From Acanthaster planci (taxonomy: Eukaryota): a stretch of 32,145 nt of DNA. Shown here piece after piece: positions 21,979 through 32,145 of the stretch (its first letter is position 1; each line of letters opens with the position of its first letter). The notes under the pieces are model-generated. The model searched no databases. It was not told the DNA's origin and saw only the letters and a list, made by a program, of their open reading frames with translations. The DNA is taken from contig NW_019091419.1 of the NCBI RefSeq assembly GCF_001949145.1, forward strand, positions 490,527 through 522,671. The letters are read 5' to 3'. Made by a program: the position numbers and the translations under genes.

Positions 21979-22489
21979 ATGAAACGCCCTGTCGTGAAGG
22001 CTTTGTTTGGAAGTCTTGCTTTGGTACACGTATTATTTTTCCAGTTTGGGATTGCTAACCAGTACGACCCACATGTCTACCCCTCCATTGGACCGTTCAT
22101 CGAGGGCTGGTACGCCCGTTTGACAGACACGTCCACCCCACAATCGTTCGGCGTCCTCTTCGGTCGGGTGTTGCCCAAACCCACTGCCGAGCGGAAAAAG
22201 TCAATCCCGCTGACGTACGTTGCTATTGTTTGCAGCGCCGGAGACCAAGCGCCATTCGTGGTTGCGGAGGCCTTCCCCGATCCAGACCACATCTCTGTGA
22301 CAGTGGACGGTGGGATGCCCGTGACGGAGAACCCAGACAATCGTAGTCCGGCAAATTTCAGATGGGCCGCTGACCCATACGGGTCATTCAACGTGACGGC
22401 CGAATCGACAGTTTTTAACTTCACAATCGGGGACAAAAGCTTGGCTGGGAGCTTTGGGGCTCCAGTGCCATGGGGACCAGTTGGGCAAG
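21979..22489 (+). CDS. Tocopherol cyclase (VTE1/SXD1)-like exon 1: MKRPVVKALFGSLALVHVLFFQFGIANQYDPHVYPSIGPFIEGWYARLTD...GAPVPWGPVGQ + 1 nt
   Basis: ORF track 21979..22500(+). ATG with Kozak gaagATGa. FIEGWYARLT matches the FEGWYF(R/K) motif of tocopherol cyclases. Hydrophobic N-terminal segment. Donor CAAG|gtatac, phase 1. Confidence 0.7.
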
Positions 22490-22815
22490 GTATACGTTGA
22501 TCAAGATGCAGTAATTCTTGACGTGGCATGATGATTTTCTCATGGCATTTACTTGCCAAAGCTAATGTTTTTCTTTCAGTGTTAGGGGCGAGGGGTTATA
22601 GGCTGCAATCGAGTTCTACACAGCAATCAAGACTCAAATCTCTGTTGAGAAAGACCTCGGATGCGTTGGCAGTTGTGTTAATGTGGCACAGAGTTGTAAG
22701 CTGTCGTGCCATTGAAAGGGACATCACGCATGTTATGGAAGGGGTACTAAAAAATTTGATTGTTTAGCAAGCGTTAACATAAGAAGCGCCATTCTCTCTC
22801 TTTTTCCCATTTTAG

Positions 22816-23450
22816 GGCCAGAGGGGTGGTTGAGCAATCTTCCATTTATTCCACTCCACTGGTTCGTTTATAGCCTCTCAACATTCGGGGACTACACCTG
22901 GGAGAGTCGAGGAGACGGCCTGACAATCCATGGCAACGCCAGAATGCATCAAGAGAAGAACTGGGGAGATGGTTTTCCTCCATCTTGGATTTGGATGCAA
23001 GGGGTCGATTCCTCCGGCTCGACAGTCTTCGCGGGAACTTTCGGCGTCCTCAAGTTCTTGGGTTATTTGTCGATAACCGCTCACCTATTCGGTTACCGCG
23101 ACTACGGGGCCGACGTAGAGCTGGACTTTCGCCCTGACAATTCAATCAGCAGAATGACTGCCGATGGATGTAACGGTGTGGCGAGAATCGAAGTGCTTTC
23201 ATTTTGGTACAAGGTGATAGTAGAAGCCAGAGCCCCTCCTGCGACCCTGCAGAAGTGTCTGAGGGGGCCCACAGAATACGGATTTCAAAAGGTCTTGGTG
23301 GAAAGTTTCATGGCAACAGTGGACATTGCTGTTTACAAAAGAGGATACTTCAGCTACCACCTGATGGATATGAAATCGTTTGAGGGAGCGGCCATAGAAT
23401 TCGGCGGTGAAGAACTTTGCGAGCATAATCCATGCACAGCAGAACTGTAA
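22816..23450 (+). CDS. Tocopherol cyclase-like exon 2: (G)PEGWLSNLPFIPLHWFVYS...HGNARMHQEKNWGDGFPPSWIWMQGVD...FWYKVIVEARAPPATLQ...GAAIEFGGEELCEHNPCTAEL*
   Basis: ORF track 22830..23450(+). Acceptor ttttcccattttag|gg. EKNWG.GFP..W.W.Q matches the VTE1 core SEKNWGGGFPRKWFWVQCN. ELEARTNEAGT aligns with IVEARAPPATLQ and AAVEIGGGPW with AAIEFGGEEL. Stop TAA at 23448-23450. The two exons total 1146 nt, 381 aa. Confidence 0.75.
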
Positions 23451-25291
23451 AATCGCTTTTCGCTGTGAATGATTATTGGCTCAAAGTAAGGGTAGCTTGG
23501 ATGTATTAACCATTCTCCGTTTGGCTGTCAAAGATATAGACTGTAACATCTTCTCTAGCTCTGATTTTCTGTGAAAAATTACAATAAAGACGTCATAAAT
23601 AGGACTACCAATTCATGTAGTAGCGGTACACACCCTTTGATTAAAAAAGCTTTGTTCCGCAAACTGTCGAAGTGATGGTCCAGGGTGTCAATTGAAAGGA
23701 AAAAAATAAGACTATTTTGAAGATGTAACTTTTTATATACTTTTTTGAAGGAACCGGATTTGTTGGGGGGAGGGCCGCCTAATAATTTCATGACCACAAC
23801 TTCACGGAACTATAGGTAAACCATAATATAATAATAAATACAAGAGCGGATCCTGAACCACCGGGGCATTTTTTGGGGGCCCAAAAAGGGAATTTAATTC
23901 TTTACGAAACGTTTTATGGCTCTTGTGAGAAGCGAAAATTTGGGAACTGCAGGCTTTTTTGAATAAAAGGAAGTATAGTAATCTCAGAATATTCTCTCAT
24001 TGTTTTGAAAGAAAACAAGAACAACAGCAATCCGGGGACAGGTACCCCGGGATCCGCCCTGACAGTGTGATATTCAAAGTTCTCCATAGCTGGTTTGTTT
24101 CTTAATATTTGTTCATTCTTTGACCTGTACCTAATCCAAAGGTCACTGATCGATGGATCCATTGCCTGTAAATTAAAGCTGCATGCATTTGCACTTTTTA
24201 TTTGTAAATTTTAATTTTCAAATATGTCCCTGCCATTAATCGTGGCAATGGTGGAAACTTAAAGCTGAAGGGTGTGTGTGTGATTGTGTTATGGAATGCT
24301 GAATTATTCCATCGACCCCAAATCATGTAAATGAATTCGTCATAATAGTGTTCTCAAGTTCCAACATCTCACGATCTTCAGGGTTGAGGACTGGATCGTT
24401 ATATTATTTTGTTGTCGATGTTTTCTTTGATGGTATGTATATCTTTTCAGAGGCTTCGAATTCGAAGACCGTATACAGTCTTGATTAATGAGTAAAATGT
24501 AAAAAGGACTTAATGAGGTATCCCCAGTCGAACCGTTGTGAGCAATCTATGCGCCGGTGTAGCAGTTGCCTTGGCTGTCACGGTGATTCACTGAGCCCGT
24601 CTCTGATCATGTTGGTTGACTGCTGACTGATGAACTGCAACGATAAAGCACTGTAAGCTCGATGTCAACGAGTGACTCAGCCTACTGCTCAGACACCAAT
24701 TGCAAAAGCTTGCAGCTGCTTGCATCAGCGTTTCCTCAGTTGTTTGTTTCTTCTCATCTCACCCCTTTCCGTATTTTCTAGAATGGCTGTTTTCTAAAAT
24801 TCGCCTTTGTGAAATAGACGAGTATGCGTGATGGTGAAACGATTTTCAAGACTACTGGATGCATGGGATTTAGCAATAGGTAGGCCTACACTGAGAGGCA
24901 AATAACATCTGTCGAATCGGACCAACCATAATAAGTTATAATTGTAATCCTGCTGATCAGTCCGCCAGATTTCGTTAGCGTCAGTTAACTTTTCATGTGT
25001 TTAATTTGTTTGTTTTTCCTCAGACATCCTGCATTGAAATAGTTTGTGGCAATCAGTTTGAGTCACAAAAGTGAAACAAAAATGCTTATCTTTTGCAAGG
25101 GTCAGCAGTCTTTATAACACTTAGCTGCCTTAGTTGTAAGGTGGTGTTTGTTTTGTCACCGAGGCCTGTTCAATTTATTTGATGACGTCCGCAAACGGGT
25201 TACGCTCGTTCTGCATGTGCAGAGTGAAGAAAATATGATGTAATCGCTAGTAATAGTAACATAGGTGGGCGTCTGGTTAATGTGCTGAACG

Positions 25292-25302
25292 CTGATTGGT
25301 CC
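25292..25302 (+). promoter_or_regulatory. Inverted CCAAT / NF-Y Y-box (CTGATTGGTCC), with TATA-like gtATATc at 25346-25352, upstream of a candidate non-coding exon
   Basis: CTGATTGG matches the NF-Y consensus CTGATTGGYYRR. It lies ~110 nt upstream of the strong donor GTG|gtaagt at 25409. Confidence 0.3.
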
Positions 25303-25369
25303 ATGTTTGACCACCATTGCACAAGTGCCTCGCAACACGCCCTGCGTATATCTCGCTAGCGCTGCGCTC

Positions 25370-25408
25370 TGAGCTCAGTCCTGCATAGTTCTGCATTCCG
25401 CGGAAGTG
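25370..25408 (+). other. MVP: Candidate non-coding 5' exon of MVP; 5' boundary unknown, donor GTG|gtaagt at 25409
   Basis: Strong consensus donor follows the CCAAT and TATA-like elements in a GC-richer patch. A plausible matching acceptor gatcacag|aaaaagacccaccATG lies at 28207, just before the MVP start codon. Vertebrate MVP also has a non-coding exon 1. Confidence 0.3.
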
Positions 25409-25865
25409 GTAAGTAGATTGTGAGCCTTTCGTCCTTTAAATTTAGCAAAAAATAATCGCAAGGCTTTTTTGTAATGCTCTTCTTGGTTTGCCAGCTGGGT
25501 ATGCTGCACAGCTTACCAAAAAGAGGGATTTTGTAGTTGAGCTGCTGGGCGAGCGGTATTTGTGCAGTTTGTAACTTCTACATGTAGTTGTTGCTGTCGT
25601 CAATGCTGCGGGCGTATGAAATTATCACGCTCGAGTGGATTGGAGGCCGTGTTCAGCAACGCATGGACCCAAGAACATGGCAGAAAATATATTTTCGTGA
25701 AGCATACAATTTAAAGCTTCACCTGAATGCCGCCCTAGCAAATAAAATTGTGCCTGTTCCCAGAATACCCAGCTCCATATTGACCATGTTGACATCTGCT
25801 TCCAAGAAGATGAATTTTCTACTGCATTCTTGTACAGGATGCAGTATTCAGCTGGTATTTCACGA

Positions 25866-27020
25866 TCAAAATAATTTCCGGGGAAAGTTCCATATACAGA
25901 CATCACAAATTTTCCATTGCGGTAGTTTGTTAGCCATCGGAAAAAGATAACATGTCCTCAAATTGAGTCAAATAACTCTGAAAATGTTGTTGAACAATTT
26001 ACGTGCACAATTCCTCAAACCAGTCCCAGGGTTTTTGCACAGGATATCAGGTGATGTCCGGATGTGGAAATCTTTCTGAATTTCCACCCTTGACATCGAA
26101 CAATGTGCATAAGATTGGGATTGAGGTGTGCGAGGATACCTTGTTATTGAGAAAAAATTACGCTGTTAAATGTTTCCGTATTTTGGAAAGTGTTTGAAGG
26201 GAGTTGCTCTAGGCTATGCATTCCAGTGCAATGGAAGTGTTTCTGGGGATGGTTTGGGTTAAATTACTGAGTAGGCCACATGAAACTTATGTTTCCCAGA
26301 TGCTCTTCAAAGTTTCCTGTCTGCAAAAAAAGTGTTCTGCCACATATTCTTTAGCTTGCAAATTATGCAGGGAGAGCGTTCCATATACAGACGCCACTCG
26401 ACACCGTGTGCAAAAACCTTATGAGACTGGTCTGAAAAATTCTAAGTGATTTTCTAAGTAAACGAATTCGTATTTTCCCTCCTAAAGTGAACTTTTCTGG
26501 ACATGTTTTTGCTTTCTGATGGCCAATAGGGTCACTGTAGGGAATAATGACTGGCGTCCGTACATGGAACTCTTCCCTGATGAAGTCTTTTGTAGAGTAT
26601 TCTGCATTGACTGTCTGGTACACAGTTCACTTGCAGTGGTATTAGGGATCAGCACCAAGCCTTGGCTTTACGTTGTGATGAAATATATTCAATTGGTACA
26701 CTAATGCAGCGTGGAAGTTTTTTGCAGTTGTGACAAGGCATGTGCCCTAAAGAAAATCACAGGGGTCAGATTGTTTCGGTAAGAATATAGAAAGCTGAGT
26801 TACATGTAGAGTTCCATATACAGACATCATGAATTTTCTCTTTCTGAGGTTTATTAGCCATCAGGACATGATCATGTCATAAACATTCACATTTGACAGT
26901 GAAAATATTGAAGTATTTTTATTACAAAACTCAGGCAATTTTTCAGACCAGCTTCGTAGGGTTTGTGCACAGGGTTTTGATTGATGTTTGGATATGAACT
27001 ACTTCAGAAAGCCATTTTGT
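25866..27020. repeat. Nested cluster of the family-A repeat, with direct and inverted copies, in the MVP upstream region
   Basis: Head motif gagttccatatacagac recurs at 25868, 26377 and 26807. 26367-26605 is a direct near-full copy of 5931-6175. 25990-26060 and 26930-27000 are inverted partial copies: the reverse complement of gtttttgcacagg...ccagtc matches gtgtgcaaaaacc..gactggtctg. Confidence 0.65.
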
Positions 27021-28220
27021 ACATGTATATTTGCGTCTTGCAGAGCAGCAGAAGGGACGAAAGGGACATACATGTATGCTTTGCTTGATTACCCTTACTT
27101 CATGGAAGCTTCAAACTAGTGCTGTTTTTGATTACACACACTGTAGCAATTTATGACCCTTTTACCCTCAGGTAGATGGTACAAATGAGAGTGTATTGTT
27201 CAGTTGTGATCAGGAAGAGAACGTTGTACTGATATAATTCCACAAAGTTCTGTCCTCAACATTGTACAGTGATTTTGTTCAATAAGTCACATAGTCACGA
27301 GGGGAAAACGGTTGAGTGAGTCATAAAATGGAGGCCGTGATAGAGGAAGTACATACTCAGTGCACACAGTGAGTAAAGGTGCTTCATCGAACTGTCAGTG
27401 GAATTTGTATCCATTTGTGAGACGAAAGTGAAAGAACACAGAGTTTGTTTTGTTATGAGCCCCTAGCTGGACCAAGAGAGGGTGCAATTTTCCTAGCAAT
27501 GACCACCCCTTCGGTAGGAGCTGCACTTCGCTGGTTCACAAATGACTGTGAAATGCAGACATTATGGGGGCATTGCTAGTTTGCTACTCGTAAAATGAAC
27601 ACTCCTCACCAGCTGATGAAATTGATGCTTGTGCTTCTGCTCCATGTGGACTCTGGACATCAGAACCATTCAAATTGCAGATACAGAGAGGGTTGAATTT
27701 TTCCTGTAAGATGATTTTTGTGTTTAATATGCTTTGAGTATGCATTGGGTTTGAGTCCGTGGCCCAATTTTTCTGGCACAGCTCATTTTAAGAGAAGAAT
27801 TTTTGTTAAATGCAGCAGAAATTTTTTAAATGCCACTGAAAATATTTGCCTGAACTGTCACTGGTATAATTCACCGGCAAGCAAAGAATTCCATGACCAA
27901 GAGTTTCAGTGCTGAGAACTTTGTTGCCAGTTTTTGTGGGTTTTCATCACCTCTGTTTAGGCAATAAGATTCAAAACAGGGGTCCGTTTTTCATTCTGTA
28001 CACAAGTTTGTAGGTGTCCACAGAATACATGTATATATCCCCCATGTTAAAAGTGAATGGTCTGTCACTACATTTTCTTTACAGACTCCATTCTTTGACA
28101 ATTAAGAATAGCAGCAGTGATGCTACACCAGTTGGGGCTGGAAAATTGGTATCCCTTGCTACCTTAGCTTACAATGAAATTGACATCTTGATTGCATCTG
28201 ATCACAGAAAAAGACCCACC

Positions 28221-28396
28221 ATGAGCGATAAGGGAAAGCGTGGAAGTAACCCCCTTAACTTTGGGGGTGGGGGTGGCTCTGAGGAGTCCATCTACAGAAT
28301 TCCTCCATACTACTTCATCCATGTCCTCAACCACAACACCAATGTCACCACGGTGGAGACTGGGCCCCGAACCTTTATCAGGCAGGACCACGAAAG
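28221..28396 (+). CDS. MVP: MVP first coding exon: [58 protein letters not shown] + 2 nt
   Basis: ORF track 28014..28400(+). Kozak cccaccATGa. [36 protein letters not shown] matches human MVP [36 protein letters not shown]. Donor AAAG|gtaagt. Confidence 0.85.
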
Positions 28397-29161
28397 GTAA
28401 GTCAGGGGTTGGATGTGGAAAGTGCTTCTTGTAATGTAAACTGAGCGAAATTTTATGTAACTTCTGAGCATGATGTGCTTGTCCATGCTGGTTACCTGTG
28501 GAAGAAAGATGTAGAAACAGAATATGATGCACTGCTGTCACTAATGGGACACACTGCATGCATTCATTGGTGTTTAATTCAGCGACCAGAGTGAGAAGGC
28601 CCTGTTACAGTTACTTCAGTGGTGTGACACTCCTGTGTAAATTCTACACATGTGCGTAATTTCCGTCTTTTACTGATAAGGTGTTGTGACATTCGAAATG
28701 CATGCATGGTGCCCGTGATGGATCTCGCAGAAAATCTTTGCCTGAGCAATTGGTGCATTTTGGGCAATGACAAGGACGTGTCTGTCTAGTGTCTAGTTGT
28801 GTATGCAGATCATGTCACATTTCTTTTTTATTCCCTACGTGGCTTAAGGTAAAAGACAGAGTGTGACTTGAAGTCCTGAATCCCCTAAGCATGTTTTTTG
28901 GGCATCCACTAAATATCAAAAAATTTTTACACTCTTTGGTACATCAATTGGCACATCAAGACTAATGCTAAAGAAATTTCTACCGGGCTATGTACTGTTG
29001 AATTCATTGAAACTTTACAAAACTGGGAGATTTATGGAAAAAGTAGTGTTTGGTTAAAAGAGAAACCCTGCATAACCTTGTTGGGTTCAACATGGTTAGG
29101 GTTAATACATGTATCTGTTCTTGAGCCTCAATATTGCTCGTTCTTTTGATATCTTCTCCAG

Positions 29162-29357
29162 GGTCATCTTCGGTCCCGAGAAGATGATCATGGTCCCCCC
29201 GCGTCACTACTGCATCATTGAGAACCCTGTCCAGCGCAACGAGGATGGCTCAGTGATCGTGGACCAGAGTGGGCAGATCAAGCTTAACCATGCCGACCAG
29301 GAGATCCGTCTGGCCCAAGACCCTTTCCCTCTCTACCCGGGGGAAATCCTGAAGCTG
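29162..29357 (+). CDS. MVP: MVP exon: (R)[65 protein letters not shown]
   Basis: ORF track 29109..29432(+). Acceptor atcttctccag|g. Near-identical to the human MVP repeat-1/2 region (VLFAPMRMVTVPPRHYC...[17 protein letters not shown]). Donor CTG|gtaact. Confidence 0.9.
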
Positions 29358-30134
29358 GTAACTGTCAGAATTTTCTCTCTTGATAGACCAGGACTTTTGA
29401 TCTTCCCATTCGTCTGGCTTCAAAGCATCTGAGCTTTCGAGACATATCATTTGAGAGAAAACAAATAATTGTGTTTATGAACCGCATTCCAACCTGCAAA
29501 TTAATATGCTGGTTCAAATATCATGTATTAAAACGGTAATGCGACTGTGCGGTAGGGTAATGCTAATGTACATGAACTTTGAAGTGCACTTCTGATGTTT
29601 TGAAATGGTAGTCTCATGTTAAAAAGAAGCAACAGCTGCTCTCATACGTGATGGTTGAATTATTGATTATTTGCCAAAAACTGTCTTGTAATTATGCAAA
29701 TGACCACTAGAAAATTTAAAAAAGGGGAATGTGTGGAAAGATTAGTGAACATATGGTATCAAAACATTAAATGTAATTGTATTTTGGCATGGCAATATTG
29801 AGACATATTTTTTATGGCTGATGTTTATCTGTGCATACTAAAACATGGTAATGGGGATAATGATGGCCTCATTCGCTATCTTACACCATTTTATGCACTT
29901 CGTCTCATCAGGCATGCCTTCCATTTGTTTGTCTGTCCATAGGCTGGGGAACAAAAGTTGCCTCTCCCCGGACCTAGATGTTGCTCTTCCTTTAATGTTC
30001 AATATTACATCGATTGTTAATATATCAACATGTTATGTTAATGTAATTGTGTCATATTGTATCATCCTTGTTGAATTATGGCAGCATTGAAATAAGTGTA
30101 TATATAATGCAGTCCTTTTGTTTTTTTGCTTTAG

Positions 30135-30488
30135 CCTGTAACTGCCCTCAAAGTCGTCCCTGCCAACTCTGCTCTCCGTCTGCGCGCAGTCCTGGACTTT
30201 GACGACGAGGAGGCCAAGACCAAGCGGGTGGCCGGGGACGAGTGGCTCTTTGAGGGGCCCGGCACCTACATCCCCCGCAAGGAGGTGGTAGTGGATGAGA
30301 CAATCCGTGCCACAGTCATCAAGGCCAACCAGGCCATCAAGCTGCGGGCCCGCAAGGAGACAGAGGACCGACAGGGCTCCGCCCGGGTGACTGGGGAGGA
30401 GTGGCTGGTCAAGAAGATCGGCGCCTACCTGCCGGGGGCCTATGAGGAGGTTGTGGGTGTGGTCAATGCCTACGTTCTGACGGATAAG
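30135..30488 (+). CDS. MVP: MVP exon: [118 protein letters not shown]
   Basis: ORF track 30228..30506(+). Acceptor ttttgctttag|cct. Donor AAG|gtaaaa. Contains the vault-repeat signatures [18 protein letters not shown] and GEEWLV..GAYLP. Confidence 0.9.
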
Positions 30489-31087
30489 GTAAAAGCATGC
30501 TTGTAGATGGAACTCTTGTATCAGTTACTTGAATGATGGCTGAGATAACCTTAGCTCACTTCCTAGGCTGAATTTTTAGTGATAAGTTAGGCACAGCATC
30601 ACAGAGTGGTGAACTCAAAATATTCACGACCTTCCACACACCTTCTGCGAGAAAAAGTTATCTTCAGGCCATGAATAGAGGATAGCTAGCTAGAGGATAG
30701 GTAGCCTTAAATAAGTTTGCCTACAGCAAGATTAACACAGACTTAACACAAAATCTGTCGACCCTTTCCAAGCGTGCATTCGGTTGACAGTTTTCGCGCA
30801 TTGTGATTGGTCAACGCATTGCAAACTCTTGGAGGTGCACTATTGTGAATTGCCCTTATTGCATTTCACATGTTGCGGGAGACTGCTGAGTCTTTCAGAT
30901 TTCAGTAACAAGGGCGCAGTCGAGTTTATCGTGAAAGTTTGGTGGTGCGTTACTGTTTTGTTTCAAGATCCAACAGAAACTGCTCTTGTTGGATCTCGCG
31001 GCGTCCATCAGGCTCACGTTTAACTCCAGGGGTGAATTTGAAACTTATCGTTGAACTGGTACCTGTGCATGGAATTTGTATTTGCAG

Positions 31088-31213
31088 AAAGCACTCCATG
31101 TCCGAGCAACCCGTACCTTCAAAGATGATGGTGGTGTGGTCAGGAAGAACGGGGAGGAGTGGCTGATCACCATGGAGGACACTGAGACTCACATTCCTCA
31201 GGTGTATGAGGAG
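31088..31213 (+). CDS. MVP: MVP exon: [42 protein letters not shown]
   Basis: ORF track 31076..31327(+). Acceptor atttgtatttgcag|aaa. Donor GAG|gtaagt. Matches human [42 protein letters not shown]. Confidence 0.9.
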
Positions 31214-32025
31214 GTAAGTTCCTCTAGCTTTGTACATGTAGGTGAGATAATCTTGCTACAGAATATGTGCAGTTGCAGACAAATCAGTACCAGCACCTTT
31301 TGCAGATTTGTACAGAGATACATGTAAGGTTTTGCAACCAGTTTAGAGTAGTAAGTGGATTGTGAATGAATTTATATCGCAAGAGTGGTATTAATAAAGC
31401 AATACTGAGGACTTATTTTCCCCTTATTTTCATTTTCAAAATTCTTAGTTTCTATTACCTTATAAGGTATGCAGATTCGCTTACGCTGTACATTTCATTG
31501 TTCAAGTGAAATGCTTTGTAAATGTAAGTGATTTCTGAACCAGTGACTTTCAAAGTTTCATCCATCAAAATCCATACAAATGCATTCATGGATTCCTGAT
31601 AGTAGATCTAAGCCACTGCCAGGCAGGATCGGAACAAAATGGCCACAGGTGGGAGTAACATACACTTCCAAGGGAAGTGACCCCAGCTGCTAACCAGCAG
31701 CTTCTCCGGGTGCACCTGTTATTTCCAGCTGCAGCTATGAATTTCCAACATTGCCTAACTTTACATGGGTCTTGATATCCTGAAACAAAGAATTTGCAAG
31801 TGCAGTTCAATGGTTTAGTGTTGGACTTTGGTTGACGTACCAGTAGGCCACGTCTGAAATGAGCTTTCAGAGCTACAGCTAACATCTTTCATCATTCTGT
31901 CCAAGGGACGAAGGCCTGGCCCTGGGCAACAGATTCCAATGCAGCCCTATGAAGACTCCTAATTCATGGGTTAATCGTTGGGTGTCTGTTCTCATTTGTA
32001 AGTACATTTACTGTACATGTTGCAG

Positions 32026-32136
32026 GTGGTTGGAGTTGTCGCCATCACTACATTGACCAACAGGCAGTACTGTGTCATCTTGGATCCTGTAGATGCTGAC
32101 GGCAAACCCCAGCTTGGCCAGAAGAAGCTTGTCAAG
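32026..32136 (+). CDS. MVP: MVP exon, partial (window ends): [37 protein letters not shown]
   Basis: Acceptor catgttgcag|gtg. Matches human [41 protein letters not shown] probable donor AAG|gtgtgg lies at 32137, but the sequence ends at 32145. Confidence 0.75.
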
Positions 32137-32145
32137 GTGTGGATA

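Noticed and set aside
22077-22559. 160-aa minus-strand ORF antisense to tocopherol-cyclase-like exon 1
   Set aside because: It is the mirror frame of a GC-rich coding exon. It has no motifs, and the plus frame carries the diagnostic EGWY block.
23837-24060. Short inverted repeat gcggatcc...cgggg / ccccgggatccgc flanking ~200 bp; considered as a MITE
   Set aside because: Only about 8-13 bp of imperfect complementarity, in a region that looks like restriction-site-like palindromes. No target-site duplication was seen.
28164-28559. 131-aa minus ORF antisense to the MVP first coding exon
   Set aside because: It is the mirror frame of a conserved MVP exon, with no independent support.
1-32145. 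Prokaryotic-style features (operons, CRISPR, defence systems)
   Set aside because: The sequence is clearly eukaryotic: spliced genes with GT-AG introns, Kozak starts, and metazoan domain proteins. No repeat-spacer arrays are present.

Overview
This window is eukaryotic (metazoan) nuclear DNA with short GT-AG introns. It is not prokaryotic, so no operons, CRISPR arrays or defence islands are expected. All coordinates and exon models were derived by hand from the six-frame ORF track and splice-site inspection; no searches were run. Five protein-coding genes can be reconstructed, and every model closes in frame across its introns.

(1) 288-4286, minus strand: a STYXL1/MK-STYX-like pseudophosphatase with a rhodanese domain and a dual-specificity phosphatase (DSP) domain. 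The catalytic Cys is replaced by Ser. Seven exons give 870 nt, 289 aa.

(2) 5604-10635, plus strand: mitochondrial malate dehydrogenase (MDH2). Eight exons give 1026 nt, 341 aa. Exon 1 is an Arg-rich presequence. The gene is head-to-head with the STYXL1-like gene across a ~1.3 kb shared promoter, the arrangement also known from vertebrates.

(3) 12290-20819, minus strand: a mosaic secreted serine protease with the architecture signal peptide, five LDL-receptor class A repeats, a thrombospondin type-1 repeat, and a trypsin-like catalytic domain. The H/D/S triad is intact, Asp sits at the S1 pocket, and the activation site reads KR|IVGG. Eleven exons give 1734 nt, 577 aa. Its 3' end is convergent with MDH2.

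(4) 21979-23450, plus strand: a two-exon gene (381 aa) encoding a tocopherol-cyclase (VTE1/SXD1, Tocopherol_cycl)-like protein. It carries the EGWY and EKNWG-GFP-W-W-Q motifs. This is the most unexpected item, because that family is typical of plants and cyanobacteria, not animals.

(5) 28221 to the window end, plus strand: major vault protein (MVP) with five coding exons, truncated by the window, plus a candidate non-coding first exon near 25408.

Other content:
- An interspersed repeat family occurs in MDH2 intron 1 and as a nested direct/inverted cluster at 25866-27020.
- There are two tRNA-like fragments (SINE-like).
- A ~23-bp intronic stem-loop with a GC-rich direct repeat lies in protease intron 2.
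- Five ATTGCG motifs cluster in the MDH2 core promoter.
- Two small tandem repeats are present.

The organism is probably an invertebrate deuterostome or similar marine invertebrate. That is an inference from synteny and the domain-shuffled protease, not something verified.
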